64,000 nt of DNA. It comes from a virus. The DNA lies in IMG/VR virus record IMGVR_UViG_3300028920_000055, positions 1 to 64,000 of that record. The stretch is one strand, 5' to 3'. How positions within the stretch are numbered: position 1 is the stretch's first letter; each line of letters begins with the position of its first letter. Below the pieces are notes generated by a model. It made no database searches. It was not told where the DNA came from and saw nothing but the letters and a program-made list of their open reading frames with translations. Shown here piece by piece: positions 1-9,306 of this stretch. Made by a program: the position numbers and the translations under genes.

Positions 1-4
1 TTCA

Positions 5-1285
5 TTGAAGAGGAAAGTGGCTTCTATTACAGAAAAGGAACAGAAAGAAGCCAGTCAAAAAGAATACATTTCCGATCTTGAAAAGACAAGAGATTCTCTC
101 ATTAAGGAAAAGACTACTGCTGTAAATACTGCCAGCGGATATGAAAATAGGGTTGTAGAATTAAGGGAATTAATCGACAATATCGGAGAGGGTCAGTGTC
201 CAACTTGTGATCAGATTGTGCCAAAATCTCATATTGATAAAATAAAAAAGAACATAAAAATATCAGAGGGATCGATACACAGATGGAAAGTTAAAGCGAA
301 TGAGATTGCTGCTGGTATTAAGGAAGTTACAGAGGAATTGGAGAAGAAAAGAGGTGAGCTTGAAAGATTACAACACACTCTAAGAGTGGCAAAGATAGCT
401 AAGAGAGAATTGGAATCTGCTCTTAAAAGCAAGGATGAAGTAAAAGAATTGGAGAATGATAAGAAACGTCTCAAAAGGAATTTGGATGATAAATTAAAAG
501 CCATAGATGGTTTGGTGGCAGAAGTAAACAAAGTGTTAAGAGGCAGAAAGTCATATTTACCAGGCGATATAAAAACATTGGAACGGGATTTTGAGATTGT
601 AACTAACGATGCTACGATACATTATGGTAATTACAAATCAATCAAAAACGATCTTTCACAATATCGGAGCAATGAGCGAAAATTAAAAGAGTTGAAAGGG
701 GAAAGCAAAGAAAAACAAAATGACCTTGATCTTTATGAATACATTTATATGTCTATTCCTATCATTAAGTTGATGATTATCGATACAGTCAACGTATTGT
801 TAGAAAAGAAATTTAATGAGAAGCTGAAGGAATTTGGAATCACTGTTACAATAGAACTCGATACTGAAATCGATAAAAAATCCAGTGAAGGGAAGATTGA
901 TAAATATGAAATCCTTATTGTTGAAGAGGGCCAAGATCCAAGAGATTATAAATCATACAGTGGTGGAGAGAAGCAACGTCTCGCATTAGCCATTTATACC
1001 GGAATACAAGAAGTTGCTGATTTGATGTTATCAGAGGATCAAATTCCTAACATAGTATTATTTGATGAAGTATTTTCGTCTCTTGATGAAGTGGGTAGGG
1101 CTACATGCCTTGATATATTTCAATCTTTTATTGATAAGTCCAGGCGTAATGTTCATTGTATTACGCACTTGGAAGAAATAGAAAAGACATTCAAAGTCGA
1201 TGAACGTATAATTGTGACTAAAGATGAAGAAGGTGTAAGTAAAATCGTTGGAGGTGGAAATGGAAAACATGGTGAAGAATATTAA
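5..1285 (+). CDS. SbcC/Rad50 (T4 gp46-like) recombination ATPase, C-terminal part (5' truncated by window)
   Basis: Coiled coil with CPTC zinc hook, ABC signature YSGGEKQ, Walker B VLFDE, H-loop CITH. Confidence 0.9.
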   Translation: MKRKVASITEKEQKEASQKEYISDLEKTRDSLIKEKTTAVNTASGYENRVVELRELIDNIGEGQCPTCDQIVPKSHIDKIKKNIKISEGSIHRWKVKANEIAAGIKEVTEELEKKRGELERLQHTLRVAKIAKRELESALKSKDEVKELENDKKRLKRNLDDKLKAIDGLVAEVNKVLRGRKSYLPGDIKTLERDFEIVTNDATIHYGNYKSIKNDLSQYRSNERKLKELKGESKEKQNDLDLYEYIYMSIPIIKLMIIDTVNVLLEKKFNEKLKEFGITVTIELDTEIDKKSSEGKIDKYEILIVEEGQDPRDYKSYSGGEKQRLALAIYTGIQEVADLMLSEDQIPNIVLFDEVFSSLDEVGRATCLDIFQSFIDKSRRNVHCITHLEEIEKTFKVDERIIVTKDEEGVSKIVGGGNGKHGEEY

Positions 1286-1478
1286 AGCAGCCAAGCAGGC
1301 GGTGTTAAGACTTTACGAACAACGGGGATTTTATTATCAACACGAAATCATTGAGGCATTTGGCGTTCCAATGTATGAGGATTTGGAAATTCTTATGATG
1401 GCGATAAAAGAATTGGCGGATGAAGGGATATTGGAGAAAGGAACTAAAGATGGACTCGAATTCTACCGGAAAAAATAA
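1260..1478 (+). CDS. small hypothetical protein, possible winged helix
   Basis: GGAGG RBS before ATG 1260; C-terminal AIKELADEGILEK...FYR resembles wHTH wing. Confidence 0.5.
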   Translation: MENMVKNIKAAKQAVLRLYEQRGFYYQHEIIEAFGVPMYEDLEILMMAIKELADEGILEKGTKDGLEFYRKK

Positions 1479-1890
1479 AAAAAAGATTTTAATTAACACA
1501 ACAAACAAAAGTTGTTTTAATTCCCAGCTGTTCAGAAGATTAAGACTTGAGCGGCCCTATAGTAATGTCTCTGATTCATATCGATTACATATGTCTAAGC
1601 ATCAGGTGGGATTGAAAATTGGTAAGAGTGAGCCGCAAATTACTCGTTATGAATCAGGAGAACAAAATCCCAGTCTCGAAGCGTTAAAAAAAATATGTTT
1701 ACTTTTTCAAATTGATCCAAAAGATTTAATGGGGTTGATTTGGATTTCAGCTACAGCACTAAGAGAGGGTGAGACTATTTCACTTGATGGCGATAATAAA
1801 AATCTCGATGTAAAAATAAAAATTTGTCCCAGGTGTAAGCATTTGGAGTTGGAAGTCAAACCTTACAAGGCGAAAAAACATGGCAAATGA
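1450..1890 (+). CDS. XRE-family HTH transcriptional regulator with C-terminal CxxC
   Basis: MSKHQVGLKIGKSEPQITRYESGEQNPSLEALKKICLLF is a typical XRE HTH. Confidence 0.8.
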   Translation: MDSNSTGKNKKKILINTTNKSCFNSQLFRRLRLERPYSNVSDSYRLHMSKHQVGLKIGKSEPQITRYESGEQNPSLEALKKICLLFQIDPKDLMGLIWISATALREGETISLDGDNKNLDVKIKICPRCKHLELEVKPYKAKKHGK

Positions 1891-2611
1891 AAAGGTTACA
1901 ATAGGAATCGATGCCGACCTTACAAAGGTCGGGATTGTAACTGTAGATCATGCTACAGGTGAATTATTTCGAGCTGTAAGAGTTAGTGCTGGTAAAAGTC
2001 ATTTTGGTCTGAAAAGATCAATAAATATTGTTGACAATGTGATAGAAGAATTGGCTATTTGCAAGGAACAATATGATATTGGTGTGGTGATGATGGAGGA
2101 TTTCGGCGTTAATATAATGATAATGAAACAATCCGAAAAAGCCGCACTGATGGGAATGATATTTTGGTTTCTTATCAAGAACAAATTTCCTTTGTTTAGA
2201 TACTATAGCACTAAGAAATCTAAAAATAGGACAATAACTTCTGAAAGATTCGTGTTGCCTACTCAATTGAAAAAATTTATCTTTGGTAGAGGGAATGTTA
2301 CAACCAAGGGCAAATCATCCACTTTGCTATTGGACATTTATAAAATGACTGGATACGATTTTCCAGATGATGATATAGCGGATGCTTTCATGTTGGCTCA
2401 AGCCGGAAGATTTTTCCTGAGAAATCTTGGTGATCCGGATGGAGTAAGGGCGTTACCAATTATAAGACACGATACGAAAAGTGTGAAGCCTGTAGTAAAA
2501 AGTTTTTATCTCGATGATAAGAGATTTTCAGTAATACAAGAATGGATAAAAAATCAATTACATCCTAAACCCGATATGTTAACAATTGGAGGGCAAGATG
2601 CTCAAGCGTAA
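1880..2611 (+). CDS. RuvC-like Holliday junction resolvase
   Basis: N-terminal IGIDADLTKVG, central MED, PTQLKKF, C-terminal DDIADA acidic motif. Confidence 0.8.
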   Translation: MANEKVTIGIDADLTKVGIVTVDHATGELFRAVRVSAGKSHFGLKRSINIVDNVIEELAICKEQYDIGVVMMEDFGVNIMIMKQSEKAALMGMIFWFLIKNKFPLFRYYSTKKSKNRTITSERFVLPTQLKKFIFGRGNVTTKGKSSTLLLDIYKMTGYDFPDDDIADAFMLAQAGRFFLRNLGDPDGVRALPIIRHDTKSVKPVVKSFYLDDKRFSVIQEWIKNQLHPKPDMLTIGGQDAQA

Positions 2612-3089
2612 ACACATTCATGCCGATGAAGTCTTTAATGTCGATCACAAGTTGACTAAAAGACTTGGTATCATGATGAAAAAGGCTTTCGGTGTAAAAG
2701 AGGATGGAGAGCCTAATCTTTCCTTGATAACATTTTGTGTACAAGGGAAAGATGAAAATGGCAAGACCGCTCTTAAATCAATGACTTTTTCTTATACCCA
2801 TCTACAACAGATGTTCGTATCTGATGATCGCAACCTTATTTTTCAACTGGCCCATGACTGTCCAGTGGCTTCTGGCACTTATAATGCTGAGTCATTGAAC
2901 AAGGCGAGAACAGAAAAATTGGGAGCAGAAGAAGATGAAAAAGGGAATGTTGAAGCTAATCGAACCGTGCGCCGCCGATCTGTACGCCAGCAGAAGAAGT
3001 TGGCAAAGAAGAGCAAGAAAAGATCAACGAGCCAACAAAAGAGAGGTGCGTCTGATACAGAATTTAGAACGGGATCGAAAAAAGTTTGA
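2598..3089 (+). CDS. hypothetical protein with basic C-terminus
   Basis: ORF with GGAGG RBS, overlaps the previous gene end. Confidence 0.6.
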   Translation: MLKRKHIHADEVFNVDHKLTKRLGIMMKKAFGVKEDGEPNLSLITFCVQGKDENGKTALKSMTFSYTHLQQMFVSDDRNLIFQLAHDCPVASGTYNAESLNKARTEKLGAEEDEKGNVEANRTVRRRSVRQQKKLAKKSKKRSTSQQKRGASDTEFRTGSKKV

Positions 3090-3181
3090 GGAAGCATTAC
3101 AAGGCGTTTTTAATTTAATGCTTGAAGAAAAAGTAGAACAAATGTTATCTGATATATTTCTAATGGAAGGAGAGACAGATT

Positions 3182-3577
3182 ATGTCAGATGTACCAGGCA
3201 GAGGCCCAGGGGGATGGCGCGGAGCAGACGAACTGGATTTCGGGACAGGCAAGGCAAAAGAAACAATGTATTGCCAATGTCCACATTGCGGTTCAGTTAA
3301 ATCTTATAACGAACGCACTGTTGGAATTATATGTTCCAATTGTGAAAAATACTTTCGAATAGAGGATGCAAAACCCGCAACAGACGAAGAAATTGCCGGA
3401 AGTACAGCTCCACATTTCGTTACGGAACAAGCTCAAAGGATGTTGAAATTTCGCGGAAAGATGGAGCAAAAGGCCCACAATTGGAAAGATAAGCAATTGG
3501 CCAGAAGAAAGCAACCAGGGTATAAGCCTGTCCACCATGGTCCAATTGATCCTGATACAGGAGAGAGAACAAAGTGA
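3182..3577 (+). CDS. zinc-ribbon protein
   Basis: CPHCG...CSNC, GGAG RBS. Confidence 0.6.
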   Translation: MSDVPGRGPGGWRGADELDFGTGKAKETMYCQCPHCGSVKSYNERTVGIICSNCEKYFRIEDAKPATDEEIAGSTAPHFVTEQAQRMLKFRGKMEQKAHNWKDKQLARRKQPGYKPVHHGPIDPDTGERTK

Positions 3578-3789
3578 AATTTAAGAGACCAACAGATGGC
3601 GATACAAGAGTGGTGAAGAAATTTGCTATTATTCCAATAACAATCGATGAAGAAACGATTTGGTTAGAAACAGTTTACATACTCCAAGTGTATGTTTCAA
3701 TATATGCAAGAACATTTCTTAATTGGAATGATACTGAATTTGTATCAAAAGAAGTGTATGAAGCCTCAAAAGAGAAGGAAAATGGATAG
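3574..3789 (+). CDS. hypothetical phage protein
   Basis: Overlapping stop/start coupling; GDTRVVKKFAIIP...WLE. Confidence 0.55.
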   Translation: MKFKRPTDGDTRVVKKFAIIPITIDEETIWLETVYILQVYVSIYARTFLNWNDTEFVSKEVYEASKEKENG

Positions 3790-4090
3790 AGCAGATCAAT
3801 ATCAACAACTTCAAGATAAAATTGCTCGCTGGTCAAATGAAACATTTGGCCCTGGCGAGAAAAGACTTTTAGGGATGTGCAATCATCTTGTGATGGAAGC
3901 GGCAGAATTGCGTAATCGTCCAGATGGATTATCAGAACTGGCAGATGTACTCATCTTATTACTCAATATCGCCCGTGTTAATGGGTATCATGTTGATTTG
4001 CTATTTTACGCCGCCGCTAAAAAGCACCAAATCAACGTAAATAGGAATTGGAAATTAATGCCGGATGAAACTTATCAACATGTGGAGTGA
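3782..4090 (+). CDS. dATP/dGTP pyrophosphohydrolase (DUF550/MazG-like)
   Basis: WSNETFG...HL..EAAEL..PD..SELADVLIL...K..IN..R.W pattern; start moved to ATG 3782 after AAGGA. Confidence 0.8.
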   Translation: MDRADQYQQLQDKIARWSNETFGPGEKRLLGMCNHLVMEAAELRNRPDGLSELADVLILLLNIARVNGYHVDLLFYAAAKKHQINVNRNWKLMPDETYQHVE

Positions 4091-4959
4091 TCATGTTACT
4101 CACAGTGGGTATGCCCCTTTATCAAGCTGAAAAAATCGGTTGGTTGGCTTTCGAGGGACTTTGTAGACAAGTATACGCCAAAAGCAAGAAGTATGACTGG
4201 CAAGTAGTTGTCTATGAAGATAGTAATTTAAAATACCAACCAATGGGCAGCAACGCTGTATTCTCCTTTTATGACCGATTGAAACTGGCTGGCTGTAGCA
4301 AATTGGTTTATCTTTCTAATAGCGACAAGAGAATCGCTCCAAGCCAGAAATGGATAGAAATAGCAAATTATGAAAATCCATTACTTGGATATGCAGATTA
4401 TGTTCTCGTACAAGATGCTGATTGCTTTTCTTTTCCAACAAGAATATATGAGACTTGGAATGCTGTAAAATGTACAGTGGGAGATGCTGATCATATACAC
4501 TCTGATATTGATTGGATACACAGCCATCAAGGAGTTTTTTACAATATAAAAACTGAACATACCGCTCTTTTCCGAAAGCATCGACATACCGGATTAAATA
4601 TGGCTTTTAGGGCATCTGCTTTGTTTAATAATCCCCATGAAGTTGAAGTTAAGAATCCAAAGAAATTTAGAGGATTGAATTATTGGCTTTATTATATAGC
4701 AACCAAATGGGCAAAAGGTTCAGACCTTAAACCAGTTATAAAAGAAATTGGTCAAAAGACATGGGAAAGTGGACTCGACACTCATGGCTACAATACTATT
4801 ACGACAGATGGTCGCAGCCAGATGATAGAAAACGCCAATAAAAAGCCTTTTTATCCTTATCATGGTAATATAAACAAGCACATCCCCGCTTTCGTTATGT
4901 CAAGATTAAGAAGTTTAAAACATGACGAAGGTACTTCAAAGAATATACTTACTCTATAA
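4087..4959 (+). CDS. divergent GT-A-fold glycosyltransferase-like protein
   Basis: LTVGMP start, VVVYED, DAD (DxD) motif; paralogous to 51554-52357. Confidence 0.6.
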   Translation: MIMLLTVGMPLYQAEKIGWLAFEGLCRQVYAKSKKYDWQVVVYEDSNLKYQPMGSNAVFSFYDRLKLAGCSKLVYLSNSDKRIAPSQKWIEIANYENPLLGYADYVLVQDADCFSFPTRIYETWNAVKCTVGDADHIHSDIDWIHSHQGVFYNIKTEHTALFRKHRHTGLNMAFRASALFNNPHEVEVKNPKKFRGLNYWLYYIATKWAKGSDLKPVIKEIGQKTWESGLDTHGYNTITTDGRSQMIENANKKPFYPYHGNINKHIPAFVMSRLRSLKHDEGTSKNILTL

Positions 4960-5228
4960 TGGAGGCGAAAATGGATAAGAAAGAACGAAAGAAAAGGGTG
5001 TTAAGTTATCCGCCCGCAGATCCAACGAAGGAGTGCCCTCTTGGTACACTTCATCAAAAGACTTGCGCTCACTGTCGTTTCGCTATTCAACGATACACCC
5101 AAAGAGAGATCGATGAATACAGAAGCAGAGGCAAGTTGGAAATGGCTAATAAACAGTATGCCTGTATTTTTACGGCCATTTTAATAGAGTTAATGAGAAA
5201 CAACCAACTCTTAGAGAGGATAAAATGA
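4959..5228 (+). CDS. hypothetical Cys-rich protein
   Basis: ECPL...CAHC...AC; coupled ORF. Confidence 0.5.
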   Translation: MEAKMDKKERKKRVLSYPPADPTKECPLGTLHQKTCAHCRFAIQRYTQREIDEYRSRGKLEMANKQYACIFTAILIELMRNNQLLERIK

Positions 5229-5494
5229 TACTTCTGCTTGTGGCCAAGGAAGGTGTTCCTGTAGATGCGAAACTTGACGCCAGTCAGATTCAAAAGGCAG
5301 TTACAGCCTATAACAAGAATCTAAAAAGGCACAGGGAGCCTTTTATCCTTACAATTCAAGGCTATGATGTATACGCTATTCCCGAAACCATTCGCAAAGT
5401 GGAATCCGAAGGGGATAACATAGTCAAGCTCGATCTTACAGCCATCATGAGATTGGCTGAAGAAGAGGAATTGGATCACTTGGAGTTAACATGA
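5225..5494 (+). CDS. hypothetical protein
   Basis: ATGA overlap, GAGG RBS. Confidence 0.5.
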   Translation: MILLLVAKEGVPVDAKLDASQIQKAVTAYNKNLKRHREPFILTIQGYDVYAIPETIRKVESEGDNIVKLDLTAIMRLAEEEELDHLELT

Positions 5495-6096
5495 AGAAAA
5501 AGAGAGATGCAAGAGAGCTTTTAAAGAAAGCCAAGAGAAAAAATGCGAAAGCTCTTTTAAGAAAGGCCAAAGACAGAAAGAAAATTACCAAGGCCAAGCT
5601 CAAACAATCCGTAAATCCCTACAAAAGGATCAGTTGGGCCAATGCTAAAAGATATTACATTTATGGTATTGTCGCTTCTGATAATCCTCATCCAAAGGAT
5701 AATATTGTCTATACGCAAGACCTTATTACTCAATTAGCTCAACGCCATCGATCTGTAGATAGTTTTCCTGTGTACTATAATTTCGATACGGAACGCCTAA
5801 TAGGATCAGCAAGGCTTAATGGAGTAATGAGAGATGGTGGAAGATATTATCTGCTTGGAGCGGTGACGGTTGTTGTACCTCTTAAATTCGCTGAGCGAAT
5901 GGACAAGATGTATTTGGGATTGGGAGTAAGCGCGGAAAAGTCTCAAATCAGAAGAACAACGGATCAAAAGCTCATCACAGGCGGTAAAGTAATATCCATC
6001 TCTCTTATATCGAAAGATAAAGTTTGCGATCCTTTATGTAAGGTGAATCAGATATTGAAGGATGCTGACATAGATCGTCGTCTCGAAGAAGATTAA
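5491..6096 (+). CDS. hypothetical protein, basic N-terminus, possible degenerate prohead-protease-like fold
   Basis: ORF; FPVYYNFD...LIG...LGLG...ISISLI echoes HK97 protease motifs. Confidence 0.5.
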   Translation: MKKKRDARELLKKAKRKNAKALLRKAKDRKKITKAKLKQSVNPYKRISWANAKRYYIYGIVASDNPHPKDNIVYTQDLITQLAQRHRSVDSFPVYYNFDTERLIGSARLNGVMRDGGRYYLLGAVTVVVPLKFAERMDKMYLGLGVSAEKSQIRRTTDQKLITGGKVISISLISKDKVCDPLCKVNQILKDADIDRRLEED

Positions 6097-6174
6097 AAGT
6101 CTCAACCGGGAGAAAATCAGTATATTATAGTACAATAAACCCAATCAAATTTGCTCTCTCTCGCATTTTTACCC

Positions 6175-6206
6175 TAAAGCCATATCTCGGTATGGCTTTA
6201 TTTTTT
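6175..6206 (+). terminator. intrinsic terminator
   Basis: TAAAGCCATA-tctcgg-TATGGCTTTA followed by a T run. Confidence 0.7.
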
Positions 6207-6212
6207 CCACCA

Positions 6213-6336
6213 TAAAAAATTACACCAGCGCATTTTATTAAATTCATTCGGGAACAAAAAAAGGGATGATGAAATTAAATTTTCATCGATCCCTTTTTTT
6301 ATTGTTTTATAGGAAAATGTGATAGCACCGAGGCAT
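6213..6336. repeat. tripartite spaced motif, copy 1
   Basis: TAAAAAATTACACCAG-N17-ATTCGGGA-N75-CGAGGCAT, identical spacing at 13989-14112. Confidence 0.8.
6256..6300. terminator. long hairpin / possible bidirectional terminator
   Basis: AAAAAAAGGGAT GATGAAA ... TTTCATC G ATCCCTTTTTTT. Confidence 0.6.
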
Positions 6337-6441
6337 TGGGAATGGGGTTTTGAATGCTGCCAGCCATTGTGGTGTGGATATTGTTGAAATTCAGGAGATT
6401 GGTTGTTGTGGTTTGTTAATTGTTATATTGGATATTGTAGA

Positions 6442-6725
6442 TTGGTGGTCGGGGACTTAGAATTTTTCGGTAAAAATTCTAAAAATTTACATTGTGTGTT
6501 GGGGATTGTGCAAGATAGTTGGATCTTAGGAGAGTTGATTGTTGTTCGGTGACGTTAAATAGAAGATAAAAGATAGGTGTTAGTTGTTGGGGGTTTTTCT
6601 TTAATCTTTAACGCTATAATATAAGAAAAAAAAAGGAGAAATAAAAGAGAAAAATTTACATTGTGTGTAGTAAAATGTTGGCGGGGGACTTAGTACTTTT
6701 TTCGAAAAAAATTTTTTTCCCCGGT
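6442..6725. repeat. GGGGACTTAG motifs and 19-bp direct repeats at a strand-skew switch
   Basis: GGGGACTTAG at 6451-6460 and 6684-6693; AAAAATTTACATTGTGTGT at 6481-6499 and 6650-6668. Confidence 0.75.
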
Positions 6726-6737
6726 TAAAAAAAGTAT

Positions 6738-6766
6738 TTGACTATTTAATTTATTTTTACTATATT
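6738..6766 (+). promoter_or_regulatory. sigma70-type early promoter
   Basis: TTGACT-17-TATATT with an upstream A-tract. Confidence 0.75.
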
Positions 6767-6826
6767 CTAACGTAATACCCTATATAAGCGAAAAGCCTAT
6801 AACAACTAACGGAAAAGGGGAAAGAG

Positions 6827-7405
6827 ATGACAACAGACGAATTAGTAAAGATTAAAACGATAGAGTTAGCACAAGTTTTAAAAGACAGGCGACAACAGTT
6901 CGGAGAAGATAAGAGAAGTAAGCTAAAGAAAAACTGGAGACAATTAGCTAAACCCTTTAAAGGGGACAACATGATAAATCCACATCCCAGGAAACACCCA
7001 CACCATTACGAAACACCAGACCCAGACAACATAGAGTTAGGGGATCACTACATACACCGGGGGAATAGAGAAACCTACGAAGTAGTAGACATCACAGATG
7101 ACAACGTTTACTTCTTATCACACAGAGAGGAAACATATTTTATTAACAAGAATGACCTAAACAACTTTCGCAAGACAATTCGCCCTTCACACACAACATG
7201 GTTTATAGAAACAACAGACGAGGAATCGGAAGGGAAAGAAGAAGAACCAGTACACAACGTTAAAAGACGGAAATACGGAACAGTACACAAAACAGAAAAA
7301 AGAGAACAACTAAACGATAGACCTTACAAAAGAAAGGGAACGGGAAGAAGAACAAGACACTATAACAGCATTGACGTAACAGTTCTCGATTTCTTAGGGA
7401 AGTAA
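6827..7405 (+). CDS. hypothetical early protein
   Basis: RBS AAAAGGGGAAAG after the promoter; 192-aa ORF. Confidence 0.65.
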   Translation: MTTDELVKIKTIELAQVLKDRRQQFGEDKRSKLKKNWRQLAKPFKGDNMINPHPRKHPHHYETPDPDNIELGDHYIHRGNRETYEVVDITDDNVYFLSHREETYFINKNDLNNFRKTIRPSHTTWFIETTDEESEGKEEEPVHNVKRRKYGTVHKTEKREQLNDRPYKRKGTGRRTRHYNSIDVTVLDFLGK

Positions 7406-7429
7406 ACAACAAACTAAAGGAGAAGAACC

Positions 7430-7921
7430 ATGGAACAACAAAGAAAAGAACGACCCGAATACGCCTTTCGAGGGGAGACACCAATGGACACAATGGACTT
7501 CACCAAACACAGACTCGAAAGCGAAACCGACTTCCAACAAAACGACACACAGTGGCTACTTACAGCTGCCGGATCAACAGACAATTGCCTACCTGACATG
7601 ACAGACGACATCCTACGATACGCCGTAACAGAAATCTTTTCCACCATCCTCTCTATCATGACATTTCACAGAGACAGCTATAACGATCCAGAAGTCTTTG
7701 ACCGAATCCGGGAACACTGTATCAAAGCTCCAAACATCTTTATCAATCCAATAGGAACAACCAACAAAGACATCACACCGGATCAAATCAACGAACACAA
7801 CTGTGACTGGTTTGTAGCTGTGGTTGTTGATCCTCTACGGTTCGCTTTTCTTAGCGAAAAACAACAGAAGGATCTCATCCAATGGGCTTTCGACGCACAA
7901 GACAATTATCGGGACGTTTGA
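7430..7921 (+). CDS. hypothetical early protein
   Basis: AAGGAG RBS, ORF. Confidence 0.65.
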   Translation: MEQQRKERPEYAFRGETPMDTMDFTKHRLESETDFQQNDTQWLLTAAGSTDNCLPDMTDDILRYAVTEIFSTILSIMTFHRDSYNDPEVFDRIREHCIKAPNIFINPIGTTNKDITPDQINEHNCDWFVAVVVDPLRFAFLSEKQQKDLIQWAFDAQDNYRDV

Positions 7922-7945
7922 CAACAAACAAGGAGACCAAACACC

Positions 7946-8284
7946 ATGGCAGAAGAGATCACAGCTTTGACTTACTATATACTTAAACACCATAAAGTAC
8001 CAGTTGAGTCTTACGAGAAAGGAGAACAATTAACAGACGGCGAAATATTCCTTACGGATAAAAAGACATCCATACAGGTGTGTTTCGCGCCAACTGTTAC
8101 GGGGGGACTACAATTCACAGGTTACAGAGTAGTAAAACTAACGGAAGATAACTGTTTCCACTATTCGAGACACTACACAACTATCGAGGAAATAGTAAAA
8201 CATCTCACAATAAACCCGGTATCAGCAAACATCTATGGCAATGGGGAAACAATGAACTTTGATTCACCAAACATCGATAAATAA
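7946..8284 (+). CDS. hypothetical early protein
   Basis: AAGGAG RBS, ORF. Confidence 0.65.
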   Translation: MAEEITALTYYILKHHKVPVESYEKGEQLTDGEIFLTDKKTSIQVCFAPTVTGGLQFTGYRVVKLTEDNCFHYSRHYTTIEEIVKHLTINPVSANIYGNGETMNFDSPNIDK

Positions 8285-8306
8285 ACTACAAACAAGGAGG
8301 TGTACA

Positions 8307-8504
8307 ATGGTTGATGTAATGAGAAAGTTGTTGGCGGCGGTCTTAGGATTTTTCCGTAAACTTTTTTCGCCCCGGAAGAAAGCCAAGACACCATTCAAGT
8401 TTCGGCCTACATTTACCAGTTACGAAGGCCCAGACAAGAGAGAACATGTGGCAGCTCACAGGCGAGGGAAACTCCCCCGGCCTCGGAAGCCACTTAACTT
8501 CTAA
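8307..8504 (+). CDS. small basic protein
   Basis: AAGGAGGT RBS before ATG 8307. Confidence 0.55.
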   Translation: MVDVMRKLLAAVLGFFRKLFSPRKKAKTPFKFRPTFTSYEGPDKREHVAAHRRGKLPRPRKPLNF

Positions 8505-8508
8505 CAAC

Positions 8509-8532
8509 AAGCGGGAGTTTCGGCTCCCGCTT
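8509..8532 (+). other. GC-rich hairpin with TTCG loop, no U-tail
   Basis: AAGCGGGAG-tttcgg-CTCCCGCTT, intergenic. Confidence 0.6.
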
Positions 8533-8557
8533 AACTTCAAACAAAGGAAACCAAACA

Positions 8558-9004
8558 ATGTTAGAATTCGAACAAACATTCGACATACTACAAGCCAAGT
8601 ATCGATGCACAGGAATGGCTGGACACCAACCATCTATCGAGCACCACACAACAGACGTGGTAGCTAACGCTTGTAAGAAGATAACACAAGCTGTTAGATG
8701 GGTTGTGCCTTTCTATTTCGATCCTGACCACAAGAAGGAAAACACAAAAGATAAGGAAGATTTAGTAACTTACATCAAACACAAGTTAGAACTCGGAGTA
8801 AACATACAATTTTGGGTTTCGGCCGGATCGATAGAAAACGATAACATCAACCAAGGATCAATTGAGGCGTTAGAGAAAATTGATAGTTGGGAGTGGATTA
8901 GCATTGCTGAATTGAGAGAAGAAAGTCAGTTAGGTGTTAATGGTGATGTGGATCTTAATATTCCCTATATTATCGAGGAATTGGAACGTCTCAATTGGAT
9001 GTAG
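8558..9004 (+). CDS. hypothetical early protein
   Basis: AAGGA RBS, ORF. Confidence 0.6.
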   Translation: MLEFEQTFDILQAKYRCTGMAGHQPSIEHHTTDVVANACKKITQAVRWVVPFYFDPDHKKENTKDKEDLVTYIKHKLELGVNIQFWVSAGSIENDNINQGSIEALEKIDSWEWISIAELREESQLGVNGDVDLNIPYIIEELERLNWM

Positions 9005-9079
9005 TAAGTTGTTGGGCGGGGACTTAGTATTTCCCCGCCTAAAAATTTTTTTTCTAACGAAGCAGGGAGAGAACAAACA

Positions 9080-9277
9080 ATGTCGAGTCCCATTCACATC
9101 AATCAACTGGAAAAGAAACTTATCGAGAAAGAGGAAGCCCTAACAGGTCTCATCTATCTACAGTGTACACATGAGTACTTAGATGGGGATACATTCACAG
9201 ACACAATAAAGGAGCTGTTGGAACAAATCTATGTGGCCAGGGATGAGTTATCAGGAGCGAGATCGAAATCACAATAA
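9080..9277 (+). CDS. hypothetical small protein
   Basis: GGGAG RBS, ORF. Confidence 0.55.
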   Translation: MSSPIHINQLEKKLIEKEEALTGLIYLQCTHEYLDGDTFTDTIKELLEQIYVARDELSGARSKSQ

Positions 9278-9306
9278 CTAATAACAACAGAAGGAGAAAC
9301 ATCATG
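9270..9306 (+). repeat. 37-bp leader/RBS direct repeat, copy 1 (copy 2 at 9748-9784)
   Basis: CACAATAACTAATAACAACAGAAGGAGAAACATCATG identical in both. Confidence 0.9.
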
